In this document: positions 34,578 through 43,089 of the stretch, one piece after another
Numbering within the stretch: the stretch's first letter is position 1
How the letters are laid out: each line of letters begins with the position of its first letter
DNA from: a virus
IMG/VR virus record: IMGVR_UViG_3300019458_000009
Location: 1-59,493 of that record
Reading direction: 5' to 3' (one strand)
DNA: 59,493 nt
Notes under the pieces: generated by a model
What the model was told of the DNA's origin: nothing
The model's database searches: none
Seen by the model: the letters and a program-made list of their open reading frames with translations, nothing else
Program-made: the position numbers and the translations under genes

Positions 34578-35815
34578 AGCAATTCTCTCCAATCAAACAC
34601 ATGACGTCGACCAAGTTCGGGCGCTTGCCAGTTAAAGTCATCTTTCGTCACCACCGCCTCAATGGAGTCCGGCACGCGGCTCGGTTTGAGTAAATGATGG
34701 CCGGCGAGCTGCTCGCGTTGCAGCCACACACGCTCGATATATTCAGCGCCATACCGACAGCGCTGGATTAATTGTCGCGCCGGCTCGGGCGCCTCCACGT
34801 AATACTTCTCGTCGACGAGCTCCAGGTCGTTGCGCAGCCGCGCGTCGACGAACATCAGCCGGCCTGCCTCCGCTACCTCGCACCAGCGAAATGCGATGAG
34901 CTTGGCGGGGTAGAATTTTCGGTGCGTGATGACGATGGACGCCCAGCAGCGTTGGTACGAGCTCAAGATGTCGCGGGGTGGCACGGGTCCCAGGAACGCC
35001 TCCGCGCCGACGGAGTCCAACAGGTGCGCGTGCCGCTCCAGGTCCCACCGACCCCACACGGCGTTGCGGACCGTCGCGCCGTTGGCGTGCTCGCGCTTGT
35101 AGAATTCCGCCAGGAACTGGTCGCGCTCGTAGTCGTTGCCGACGTAGCCGAAGTCGTACTCCACGCGTGAGGTGTCGATCGCGCGGTCCGGCGGCGTCTG
35201 GTACGGCGGCAGCGAGACGTACTGGTGCCCGGCCCACAGGCGCGCCAGGTACGGCGTGAACAGATAAAAGTAGCTCACGAAATCGGCCCGCGTCGCGTCA
35301 CGGATGGCGCCGGTGAGACGGAACATGTCGTCGAGGCAGGGCAGGAGCCCGTTCGCGCCCAGGTCTTGGTCAAACAAGATCACCGGCACGCCGCTGACTA
35401 CCGCGCGCAAGATGACCGCCGTGACCTCCAGCTTGGCCGCGAGCGAGACGCACGGGTTGATCTTGAGGCACTGAACGTCGGCCTCCAGCGGCTTGAACTC
35501 GCTGGACTCCAGCCAGGCCTTCAGCCGACGCTGCGCCCGGTTCTGCGGATCGCAGCCCCGCGTCTCCTTGATGAGGTCCAGGATCACACGGTGCAGCCAG
35601 AGGCCTTCGCCGTTCCAGGCGCTCGCGTACCGCCCCGTGTCCTGATAGTCGAACGTGTCGACGTTTGACCCGTCGGGTGGCCGCGCGATGCCATTCAATA
35701 CGATCTCGTGGCCGCGCCGGCGCAGCTCATCGAGCACCGACAACGCAAGTTTTGGCGCGTTGCGAGTAAACACCGAGTCGTCGGTGTTGCCGTACATCCA
35801 CCAGGCAATCTTCAC
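34574..35815 (-). CDS. T4 beta-glucosyltransferase-like DNA glycosyltransferase (413 aa).
   Basis: GTG 35815 sits in a GTGA overlap. From memory of T4 BGT, four blocks correspond (this protein / T4):
- MKIAWWMYGN / MKIAIINMGN
- VILFDQDL / YYLFTDIRL
- GYVGNDYERDQ / IYGGSFRSGQR
- FLGPVPPRDI / FTGKIPMNMV, and IAFRWCEVAEAGRLMFVD / ITLRVWETMASDAVMLID
No search was run to verify this. Confidence 0.55.
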   Translation of the reverse strand: MKIAWWMYGNTDDSVFTRNAPKLALSVLDELRRRGHEIVLNGIARPPDGSNVDTFDYQDTGRYASAWNGEGLWLHRVILDLIKETRGCDPQNRAQRRLKAWLESSEFKPLEADVQCLKINPCVSLAAKLEVTAVILRAVVSGVPVILFDQDLGANGLLPCLDDMFRLTGAIRDATRADFVSYFYLFTPYLARLWAGHQYVSLPPYQTPPDRAIDTSRVEYDFGYVGNDYERDQFLAEFYKREHANGATVRNAVWGRWDLERHAHLLDSVGAEAFLGPVPPRDILSSYQRCWASIVITHRKFYPAKLIAFRWCEVAEAGRLMFVDARLRNDLELVDEKYYVEAPEPARQLIQRCRYGAEYIERVWLQREQLAGHHLLKPSRVPDSIEAVVTKDDFNWQAPELGRRHVFDWRELL

Positions 35816-36120
35816 GGCTGGCCTTTCTCTAAGTTGGCGATGAACCGATCCAGGTACCAGCGCGCCTTCTTAAGATCCTCTAGCGGATGGCCCCTGTGTG
35901 GGCTGCGCGCCACGTACTTCACCACGTTACCCAGGTGGAACGGCAGCTTCTGATCCTCGATGAAGTCGATAATCTCGATCTTGCCGGCTGCGTAGTGGGA
36001 CGGGTAGTCCACAGGGTTGTTATCCTTCACAGGTTCCGCCGCCGGCTCCCTAAATTGAGCCTTGTATTTCTCGATAGGCTGTTCTCTGAACCGCTGACAC
36101 TCGTGGCAATCGCACGACAT
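35812..36120 (-). CDS. DUF3310-like phage protein (102 aa).
   Basis: GGGGTGAGG RBS, then ATG 36120. YPSHYAAGKIEIIDFIEDQKLPFHLGNVVKYVARSPHRG..LEDLKKARWYL matches the DUF3310 pattern. Confidence 0.6.
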   Translation of the reverse strand: MSCDCHECQRFREQPIEKYKAQFREPAAEPVKDNNPVDYPSHYAAGKIEIIDFIEDQKLPFHLGNVVKYVARSPHRGHPLEDLKKARWYLDRFIANLEKGQP

Positions 36121-36124
36121 GGCC

Positions 36125-36790
36125 TCACCCCTTAAATCGGATCTCCACCCACCCCGCCTCCACCCACTTGGCGAAGACCTTCTGGGCATACGCCTCCGCC
36201 TTCATCACGCTCAGCTGCGCGGCGTGGATCAACTGACGCTTAAACTCGTCGTACTCCACGCCGTCGGGCCCGGCGAGTATAATCATCTGGAAGGCCATCC
36301 AAGCGACGCCCCGCTCGAAGGGATTCTCGATCCGCGCCGACACCCGCGCCTTCTTGAGCGACGTGGAGTCCTTGTCGGGCTCGTCGTCAACCTCGTCGAC
36401 CGCCAGGAGACGCGGGCCCATCATGGCGAAGCGTGAGTCGTTCTTCCGCACCGACTCGGGCACCGCTCGTCCGCTGCGCCGGTAGTGTTCACGCTGGTAC
36501 TGCCGCCCCATCGCCTCGATCATCCAGTCGCGGCGCGCGCGAAACGGCGGCTCTTGCCCCAGGTCTTGGCGAAATCGCGCCTCTAACACCAGGCGTGGCA
36601 TACGCTGTAGCTGACGGTAGTAGTGGTGCACCGGCTCCAAGGTAAAGCCGTCCCACGGTGCAGGTGGCGGGAGCTGAATCTCCTCTTTATCGCGCGCCCG
36701 TTGTGTTTGGCGTTTCTCCTCGAGTGCCTTTTGTTGCGCTCGAACCTCACGCATCAGCTCTCGCTCAATGGCGTCTAGATCAGAATTCAT
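36125..36790 (-). CDS. Hypothetical protein (221 aa).
   Basis: GGAGGG RBS, then ATG 36790. The N-terminus is charged and coiled, and the C-terminus is globular. Confidence 0.55.
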   Translation of the reverse strand: MNSDLDAIERELMREVRAQQKALEEKRQTQRARDKEEIQLPPPAPWDGFTLEPVHHYYRQLQRMPRLVLEARFRQDLGQEPPFRARRDWMIEAMGRQYQREHYRRSGRAVPESVRKNDSRFAMMGPRLLAVDEVDDEPDKDSTSLKKARVSARIENPFERGVAWMAFQMIILAGPDGVEYDEFKRQLIHAAQLSVMKAEAYAQKVFAKWVEAGWVEIRFKG

Positions 36791-39662
36791 CTGGCCCTCC
36801 CGTTCTCGCTTGGTTGCCGGCGAACTCTAGACTTTGAAACCGCTTCAACAGCTCGATGAACGCGCCCGTCTTGTAGTAGGAGTTCTGCTGCCGGCGGAGC
36901 GCATTGCTGCGCACGAGCAGGGACAGCAGATCCCGCGCCTGGTCCTTGCCCACGCCACCCCAGTCGCCGATGTCCGATGGACGGATCTCCCCAGAGCGCA
37001 TTAATCCCTTGATCGTCTCCATCGGGTACGGGAGCGCCATCAAGGCGGCCTTGATGGAGGCGACGTCGGTCACGGCGGCGTCCGATCGCTTAACGTCCGA
37101 ATAGTCCGCGTACCCCATGAATCGAGACGAGTAGATTGTGTTTAGAAATTCCGCGGCCCAGCGCACGTGGCCCTCGCGGACCACCAGCCGCTCCCCGTAC
37201 TCATCGCACGAGAACGTGCGGGCCGCAATGGCGGCCGCCAGGCGGGCGAGCTTCAACCGGTGGTCGGCGGGCTCCACGAGCGGGATCGCCGAGGAGTAGC
37301 GCTGGCCCTGCTCCACCGCCAGGTCGAGGCAGGCTTGCGTGGCGGCGGGCTCCAGGACCACGTCTTCCGGCCGCCGCGACCAGACCCAGAGGATTAGGCG
37401 CCGGCACAGCTCAGATGTAAATCTATGCGGCACGGGCTCGCGCTGCACCTGTTGGGTGATGACCGCCGCGTCTACCTCGTTGGAGGCCACGACCAACGCG
37501 GCGTCAAACCGGCGGACGTCCTCCAGGGAACCCAGCAGCTCCTTGATCGCCTCCGCGCCAAAGCTGTACGTCTCGATCCTGCGGTCGGATCGCGGGTTCG
37601 AGATCCACAGCAGCCGGGTGCGAGCGAACGTGCTACGCCGCTCGATCTTCGTCAGCTCGGCGCGCCCGCTGGACCGCATGTCCGTGAGCGACTGCAGCAC
37701 CTCCGGCGGGCAACCCTTGACCTCCTCCAGGATCACCAAGCGGCGGTCGTTGAGCGGGATGGCTCCCCACGTTACGAACCAGCGGCCTTGCGTCTCCTGC
37801 ACGCCGCCCTTCAACCCAGCGGTTGACGCGCCCTTCATGTCGACGCGCTCGCCGACGCCGTAGTGTTTCAACAAGCGTGACGCCGTCTCGGTCTTGCCTT
37901 GGCCCGAGTCACCGATTACCAGCGCGTCCACCCAGCCCTTGATCGGCTCGCCGTTGAACGTAACGAACAGCGCCGAGTGCCACACCAGGTCCATGAGCGC
38001 GTGTAGCTGGCGCCGCTGGTAAATGCGGGTCACGTTCGCCTCGAGGTCGGAGTAAATCTCGTCCAGTTTACCCTGCACACCCGCTGAAGACCAGTCATCG
38101 TTGGTCGGCTGGAACAGCAGCAGCTCATTGAGTTCCTCGGTCGAGGGCTTAAAACTGGACAGGTTGTCCACGTTGGGTTTGGCCTCGTACGCCAACAAGG
38201 TCGCCACCTGCGTGGCGGGGTCCACGACCGATCGCGCCGTGATCTCGTAGGTCGCGTTCGTCTCGATGCCGTGCCCGACGTGAAAGGCCCGCACAACCGC
38301 ATTCTCCGACGACGCCGGCGTCAGGTTGGTCGTGGAGAATTGCGGTACGAGCCGCACCTCCTCGATGTTGTGCTGGTCCGCGATCAGCAGGTCCGACACG
38401 TCACAGCCGGTCGGGATGCCGATCTTCTCGCGAATCGCGCGATCTTGAGCCGAAGTCGTCACATTGATGAACTCCAGGAGCTCGGCCTCATCGGCCTCAA
38501 ACTCCCACGCCGCGTCGCCCGCTTGGTTCAGGAACACCGGACACACGGCGCACATCTCCATGTTCTTCGGGCAGTTGACCTTTACCGTGCGCGGCGCGAT
38601 GTACGGCGAGGTATTCTTCGCGCTGACGATGACGGGGACCTTTACGCGCTTTTGATAGTACTGCGCCTTCGACGCGCTGCTCAGGTCCACGTCATAGACG
38701 TTAGCGTCGTCGGGCAGCTCAAACGGCTTATCTTTTTGAAACTGCGGCGTCCCTACGATCAGGTTGCGAAAGTCCTGCGGGCCGTAGCCGCCTTGGACGA
38801 AATAGTCCAGCACGTCGCCGTGCGGGTGCCGCTGCAAGTCGAGCGGCAACTGGACGACGCGCACCTCCGCGGCCAGGTCAACTAAGCGGTTCGCCAACCG
38901 CTTAGCGCCGTCCGCCCCGGCCTGGTCTACGTCATAGGCAATCACGACGCGCTTGCCGCGAAACAACGGCGACCACTCGTCACGCCAGTTGCGCGAGCCG
39001 CCGGTCGCGGTGACGGCGTTGAAGCCGCGTTGGCGCAGGCCAATCATCTTGAGCTCACCCTCCGCGACGACAATCTCCTCGCTGCCCTGCAAAGCTTCGT
39101 GCGGCACGAGCCGAATCTGCCCGTGGCGGGCGAGGCTGGTGTACTTCTTTGCCGGTGGGTGAATCTTTAATAGATCGTACGATCGGATGTTGACGAACAA
39201 CCCGGCTTCGTCTTTGATCGGAATGGTCAGGCGGCGAGCCTTCGCGTCCCACCCGAGACGAAACTTGTCCACCGACTCGCCAGAGAGCCCCTTGCTCTTT
39301 TCTAAGAGCTCCAGGAGCTCCGCCGATAGACGCAGCGCGCCGTAATATTCTTCGACGATGCGTGGATTGACCGCATAATCCGGCGTCACGCCGATCGTAC
39401 GCGCGAGCAGGGTCACCACGGCGTGCCGCGGCTGCCCGGTGACCTGGGCCCACAGGTCAATGACGGACCCCTCCTTGCCGCAGCCGAAGCACTTGAAAAG
39501 CTTATTCCGGACGTTGACCGAGCACGACGGCGTGCGGTCGTCGTGGAATGGGCACTGGATCTTCGCCTCGCCGCGCGCGTCGGGCTCCGGGAAGTCCACC
39601 AGGAGCTCCCGCATCGCAGCCAGCCCGTCGAGACGCTTTAAGACGTCCTTAGAATCGTTCAA
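36780..39662 (-). CDS. Primase-helicase: a DnaG-type zinc finger and Toprim domain fused to an MCM-like AAA+ helicase (960 aa).
   Basis: The CHC2 finger is CPFHDDRTPSCSVN..FKCFGCG and the Toprim block is VVAEGELKMIGL...VIAYDVDQAG. A Zn/OB-like block follows (VKVNCPKNMEMCAVCP). Walker A is VIGDSGQGKTE and Walker B is LVILEEV. The MCM-like LQSLTDMRSSGRAELTKIERRSTFARTRLLWISNP is also present. A TTG start at 39662 is inferred. Confidence 0.75.
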   Translation of the reverse strand: MNDSKDVLKRLDGLAAMRELLVDFPEPDARGEAKIQCPFHDDRTPSCSVNVRNKLFKCFGCGKEGSVIDLWAQVTGQPRHAVVTLLARTIGVTPDYAVNPRIVEEYYGALRLSAELLELLEKSKGLSGESVDKFRLGWDAKARRLTIPIKDEAGLFVNIRSYDLLKIHPPAKKYTSLARHGQIRLVPHEALQGSEEIVVAEGELKMIGLRQRGFNAVTATGGSRNWRDEWSPLFRGKRVVIAYDVDQAGADGAKRLANRLVDLAAEVRVVQLPLDLQRHPHGDVLDYFVQGGYGPQDFRNLIVGTPQFQKDKPFELPDDANVYDVDLSSASKAQYYQKRVKVPVIVSAKNTSPYIAPRTVKVNCPKNMEMCAVCPVFLNQAGDAAWEFEADEAELLEFINVTTSAQDRAIREKIGIPTGCDVSDLLIADQHNIEEVRLVPQFSTTNLTPASSENAVVRAFHVGHGIETNATYEITARSVVDPATQVATLLAYEAKPNVDNLSSFKPSTEELNELLLFQPTNDDWSSAGVQGKLDEIYSDLEANVTRIYQRRQLHALMDLVWHSALFVTFNGEPIKGWVDALVIGDSGQGKTETASRLLKHYGVGERVDMKGASTAGLKGGVQETQGRWFVTWGAIPLNDRRLVILEEVKGCPPEVLQSLTDMRSSGRAELTKIERRSTFARTRLLWISNPRSDRRIETYSFGAEAIKELLGSLEDVRRFDAALVVASNEVDAAVITQQVQREPVPHRFTSELCRRLILWVWSRRPEDVVLEPAATQACLDLAVEQGQRYSSAIPLVEPADHRLKLARLAAAIAARTFSCDEYGERLVVREGHVRWAAEFLNTIYSSRFMGYADYSDVKRSDAAVTDVASIKAALMALPYPMETIKGLMRSGEIRPSDIGDWGGVGKDQARDLLSLLVRSNALRRQQNSYYKTGAFIELLKRFQSLEFAGNQARTGGPDEF

Positions 39663-39771
39663 ATCTTTACCCTGCGAGGTCGTGACCGAACGTCTACGAA
39701 GCTTGGCCTTATCGGTAGACAGATCTAGGTCGGTCGCCTATCATATACCAAGCTGAACGACCTCGCGGGGT

Positions 39772-39807
39772 AAAGGGCGAGCCGTCGATTAACTCGGCGG
39801 CTCGCCC
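39772..39807 (-). terminator. Terminator-like hairpin after the SSB-like gene.
   Basis: On the minus strand: GGGCGAGCCG, a 13-nt loop, CGGCTCGCCC, then TTTACCCC. The stem is 10 bp and perfect. It lies in the 170-bp gap upstream of the primase-helicase gene. Confidence 0.5.
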
Positions 39808-39832
39808 ATCTGGAGATGGGGTTATGACTTCG

Positions 39833-40696
39833 TTAGAAGCTCTCGCCGGCCGTCGGCGGGGCCGTCCCAACGTCGTCCGCTTCGGCGACGGGCTCGTCCG
39901 ATTCGTACCGCAAGGTCGTCGCCTCGAAGGCCTCCTTGGCGTGAGCGTACGCCTGCTTGACGACGACGTACTCGGCCTCGGTCGCCCACCCGTTGGCCTT
40001 GAAGTCGTAGTTGAAATACGACTGGCCCTTTTTGTTCTTCTCCAGCACCGAGGTCAGCTGGTACTTCCCGGCGTAGAGCGGGATCTTCGGGCCGCGCCGC
40101 AGCGCCAGCGCGAGCAGCTGTTGGCCCTTCTTGAACTTCGTGCGGGACATCGTGATCGCCACCGGCGCCAGCTGCCCATCCAACAACACGAAGAACACGT
40201 GGTATTTCGTCACGCGCGGCTCGTCGGAGTTGCCCTCGCGCTTCTCGCGCAGGTCCTGCAGCTGGCGTGCCGCCAGCTTTGCCAGCTCGCCGCGAGGGTC
40301 CTTCGATCGGGCCAGGATGCCCTCGCCCGTCTCGCGGGGTGCCCACTGGATCCACTCGTTGAAGTGGTAGAACGGGACGAAGTTCAGCGACCCGCCCGCG
40401 TGGATCAGCGCCGTCTCCGCGTCGGAGTTCAGCACCACGTCACCGGGCTTCAGCTTGCCATCGACAACCTGCGGCGTCAGCGGCTGCGCCAGCAGCAACA
40501 GTGGCAGCTGCAGGCCCGCGTCACCCGCGTTCTCCAGCCCGTCGGCCGCCGAGACGTCGACGTACGCGGGCAGGTCGGCCGGCCGCGCGATCATCGCGCC
40601 TGCCTTGGCCAACTCCTCCGAGGCGGCCTTCGGCACCGCGCCCGCGGGACCCGGGATCGCCGCGTTGACCGCGGCCTTCGCCTTGATCTTCTCCAT
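39833..40696 (-). CDS. Putative ssDNA-binding/recombination-mediator-like protein with an acidic C-terminal tail (287 aa).
   Basis: AGGAGGAG RBS. The C-terminus YESDEPVAEADDVGTAPPTAGESF is acidic and ends in Phe, as in the tails of bacterial and T7-type SSBs. I did not recognise the body. Confidence 0.4.
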   Translation of the reverse strand: MEKIKAKAAVNAAIPGPAGAVPKAASEELAKAGAMIARPADLPAYVDVSAADGLENAGDAGLQLPLLLLAQPLTPQVVDGKLKPGDVVLNSDAETALIHAGGSLNFVPFYHFNEWIQWAPRETGEGILARSKDPRGELAKLAARQLQDLREKREGNSDEPRVTKYHVFFVLLDGQLAPVAITMSRTKFKKGQQLLALALRRGPKIPLYAGKYQLTSVLEKNKKGQSYFNYDFKANGWATEAEYVVVKQAYAHAKEAFEATTLRYESDEPVAEADDVGTAPPTAGESF

Positions 40697-40708
40697 GAGC
40701 TTCTCCTC

Positions 40709-41236
40709 CTATGACTCAGACAACGGTGTAACCTTAACCTTCATTTTGGGGGACACCTTGACGCCGGGCGGCAGCGGCTCGCCTCGCGCCGTGAGCTCCT
40801 CACACAGCGTCTTGAGCGGGGACCACTTCAGGTCCTCGACCACCACGCCGGCCACGCGCTCCTTCAGCCAGGCCACGAGCGCCTGGTACTCCGGCGTCCC
40901 GCGCGCGGGCGGCGACGGCAGCAGGTCCGCGTCCAGCGTAAACTTTTGCTTTAGCTCCGGCACCTCGATCTCGTAGGCCTCCTGGCCCACCGCCAGGGCG
41001 ATCAACCGCTGCTGGCTGTAGCGCTGCACGATGGAGAAGCGTTGCTGCAACTCCTCCAGGAGGGCGGTGACCTGGCGCAGCCAGGCCTCGTGGTACCCCG
41101 CCTCGAGCGGCGTCACGTCGCCCACGAGCGTCTTCTGGATCCGTTGGTCCAACTCGATCAGCGCGTCGGTCGCGATCGTGAACGCCTGGCGCTGCGCCTC
41201 GAGCGCGGCGGACAGCTTACCCTGCAGTGGGATCAT
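40709..41236 (-). CDS. Hypothetical protein (175 aa).
   Basis: GAGGA RBS, then ATG 41236. GTG 41251 is the alternative start. Confidence 0.5.
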   Translation of the reverse strand: MIPLQGKLSAALEAQRQAFTIATDALIELDQRIQKTLVGDVTPLEAGYHEAWLRQVTALLEELQQRFSIVQRYSQQRLIALAVGQEAYEIEVPELKQKFTLDADLLPSPPARGTPEYQALVAWLKERVAGVVVEDLKWSPLKTLCEELTARGEPLPPGVKVSPKMKVKVTPLSES

Positions 41237-42086
41237 CGTCGTCCTCGTCACTTAAAGATAGGACGCGGCCGGACCCGTCGGCGTTACGAAAAAATTGTGG
41301 GCCGTCTAACTTTACCGGCTCGAGCACCGCGAACCCGGCCGGATCCGCGGTTAACGCCATCTGGTAGGCGTAGTCCACCGCGAGGACGGCGGCCTCCACT
41401 TCTTCAACGGTCGCCGCGCGCTGCAGCTCCGCCCGCCGGGCTACGTCGAGCTTGAGCGACTGCAGGAAACTCGCCGCCAGGTCGGCCAGCTCCGCGAGCA
41501 CGCGGTCGACCTTGGGGTTCAGCCGGCCCAGCTCCAGCGCCAGGTACTTGCGGTAGGTGTTCGGCGCCACGCCCAACTTGCTCGCCCACTCCTTGATCGA
41601 CAGGCCCAGTTCCAGACGGTCTAGCTCCAGGCGCTGGCCGAACGGCCCCACCGCGGGAACCGCCGATGGGTGCCGCCCCAGCCGTCTCGCGGCCAGCTTG
41701 AGCTCCCCGGCGCGGGCCGCGTCCCACCGCCGGCGCGCGGGCGACCGCATCGTCTCGCGCAGCGCGTGGGGCCCGCTGCGCTTTAGCGCATCGCGCGCCA
41801 GGTCCACCAGCATCGCCCGCGCGAAGCCGGGTCGGTACACCGCGGCGCGGTATGAGCGGGCCGCCCGCGCGCCCTCGAAGCCCAGCACCTCGGCCCACGC
41901 CGCGTGGGACAGCGGCGACCGCATCTCGATCCGCAGACGTGCGCGGGCCAGCTCCACCACCCACCCGTCGGCGTCCAGCCCGCGGTAGAAGTACCGCAGC
42001 CGCGCGGGCGATTCGCCGGCGGACGCACCGACAAAGCCAGTCACCCAGTCCACAATTTTAGGATCGACGCTCACAGAACAGCTCAA
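41217..42086 (-). CDS. Helix-turn-helix DNA-binding protein (289 aa).
   Basis: An XRE-like HTH segment is present: LELGLSIKEWASKLGVAPNTYRKYL. The tail is acidic (SDEDDDDP). The start is uncertain (TTG 42086 or GTG 42074). Confidence 0.5.
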   Translation of the reverse strand: MSCSVSVDPKIVDWVTGFVGASAGESPARLRYFYRGLDADGWVVELARARLRIEMRSPLSHAAWAEVLGFEGARAARSYRAAVYRPGFARAMLVDLARDALKRSGPHALRETMRSPARRRWDAARAGELKLAARRLGRHPSAVPAVGPFGQRLELDRLELGLSIKEWASKLGVAPNTYRKYLALELGRLNPKVDRVLAELADLAASFLQSLKLDVARRAELQRAATVEEVEAAVLAVDYAYQMALTADPAGFAVLEPVKLDGPQFFRNADGSGRVLSLSDEDDDDPTAG

Positions 42087-42107
42087 TTCAAAATAATTAA
42101 CCGGCCA

Positions 42108-42467
42108 CTACTCCTTGTACCGGAACGCATGGCCGATGGACCGGGCGATGCTGTCCACCAACTCGCTGTACGCTGTCTCATTTCCGACAATCTTCTCAAA
42201 GCCTTTGATGACGAGCCCCTGGATCATCTCACGGATTTTACCGTTCTCCCTGAAATGCTTTTCGACTTCCTCGCGGGCGACGCCCTGCACCGCGCTGTCG
42301 TAGGCCACTTCAAGGGCGCTCCTCCGGTCGTAGTTGTACCCCGACCCCTGCGTAGGCGCTATCAAGTTCTCGAGCGCACCCTTGATCAACGCCTCGCGCT
42401 TCTTCTCGTCGAGACTCTTGAACATGGCCTCGACGACCAGCGCCCGCAGTTCAGCATCCGTGCTCAT
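42108..42467 (-). CDS. Hypothetical protein (119 aa).
   Basis: GAGGAGG RBS and an ATGA overlap. The region is lower in GC. Confidence 0.55.
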   Translation of the reverse strand: MSTDAELRALVVEAMFKSLDEKKREALIKGALENLIAPTQGSGYNYDRRSALEVAYDSAVQGVAREEVEKHFRENGKIREMIQGLVIKGFEKIVGNETAYSELVDSIARSIGHAFRYKE

Positions 42468-42670
42468 TTCGCCTCCTCATTTAGCCAGGACGTAAAATTT
42501 GCGATAGCCTCGCTGATCTTCAGGGCTTTCTGTAGGGGCTCATCCGTGAACGTTCTAAGAGAGTAACTCGCCCATTTGATTCCGGCCTCGTTCAATTCTT
42601 CGCCGGACGGGACAGAAACCGTGTTACGCCCAAGAGCGTTCTTTAGTTCATCCATTCGGTCGTCTCTCAT
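42464..42670 (-). CDS. Hypothetical protein (68 aa).
   Basis: ATG 42670 sits in an ATGA overlap after GGAGGCGAA. Confidence 0.5.
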   Translation of the reverse strand: MRDDRMDELKNALGRNTVSVPSGEELNEAGIKWASYSLRTFTDEPLQKALKISEAIANFTSWLNEEAK

Positions 42671-42876
42671 TTCGCCTCCGGCCACATGGATGAATCGTTA
42701 CGCCACGGCCCGTGGCCTTCCGGTGGAGGTGGACCGTTCAGCGTCAGACATCGGTCCGCCGCGCACCAGCAGCAAAGCTCGTCCTGGTGGTTCATGATTG
42801 CGTGTTGGGTTATCGAGACATGCCAGCAATGCCCCTCGGGGCGGATGCAGGCGGGGGTATCGCTCATTTTCTTCAT
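42667..42876 (-). CDS. Cys/His/Trp-rich mini-protein (69 aa).
   Basis: ATGA coupling on both sides. Motifs HCWH ... CCWCAADRC are present. Confidence 0.5.
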   Translation of the reverse strand: MKKMSDTPACIRPEGHCWHVSITQHAIMNHQDELCCWCAADRCLTLNGPPPPEGHGPWRNDSSMWPEAK

Positions 42877-43040
42877 CGCGACCCCAGAATCTCTCGCACT
42901 TCAACCCGCGCCACGCGCCCACCCTGCAACGCACCGAATAGCCTCGCCCAGCTCCGCCGACCCATGCTGCCAGGAAGGATTCGCCCTCGGACAATCCGAG
43001 CCCACAGCTTGAGCGGCCTTGCTTTCGTCAGCTTCTTCAT
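42873..43040 (-). CDS. Basic mini-protein below the ORF-track size cut-off (55 aa).
   Basis: Hand translation gives MKKLTKARPLKLWARIVRGRILPGSMGRRSWARLFGALQGGRVARVEVREILGSR. GGAGG lies 8 nt before ATG 43040, and the stop overlaps the next ATG. Confidence 0.45.
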   Translation of the reverse strand: MKKLTKARPLKLWARIVRGRILPGSMGRRSWARLFGALQGGRVARVEVREILGSR

Positions 43041-43089
43041 ATGGGAAAACCTCCAAAAACGACCACACCTTTGATGAGTTCGCCTACAG

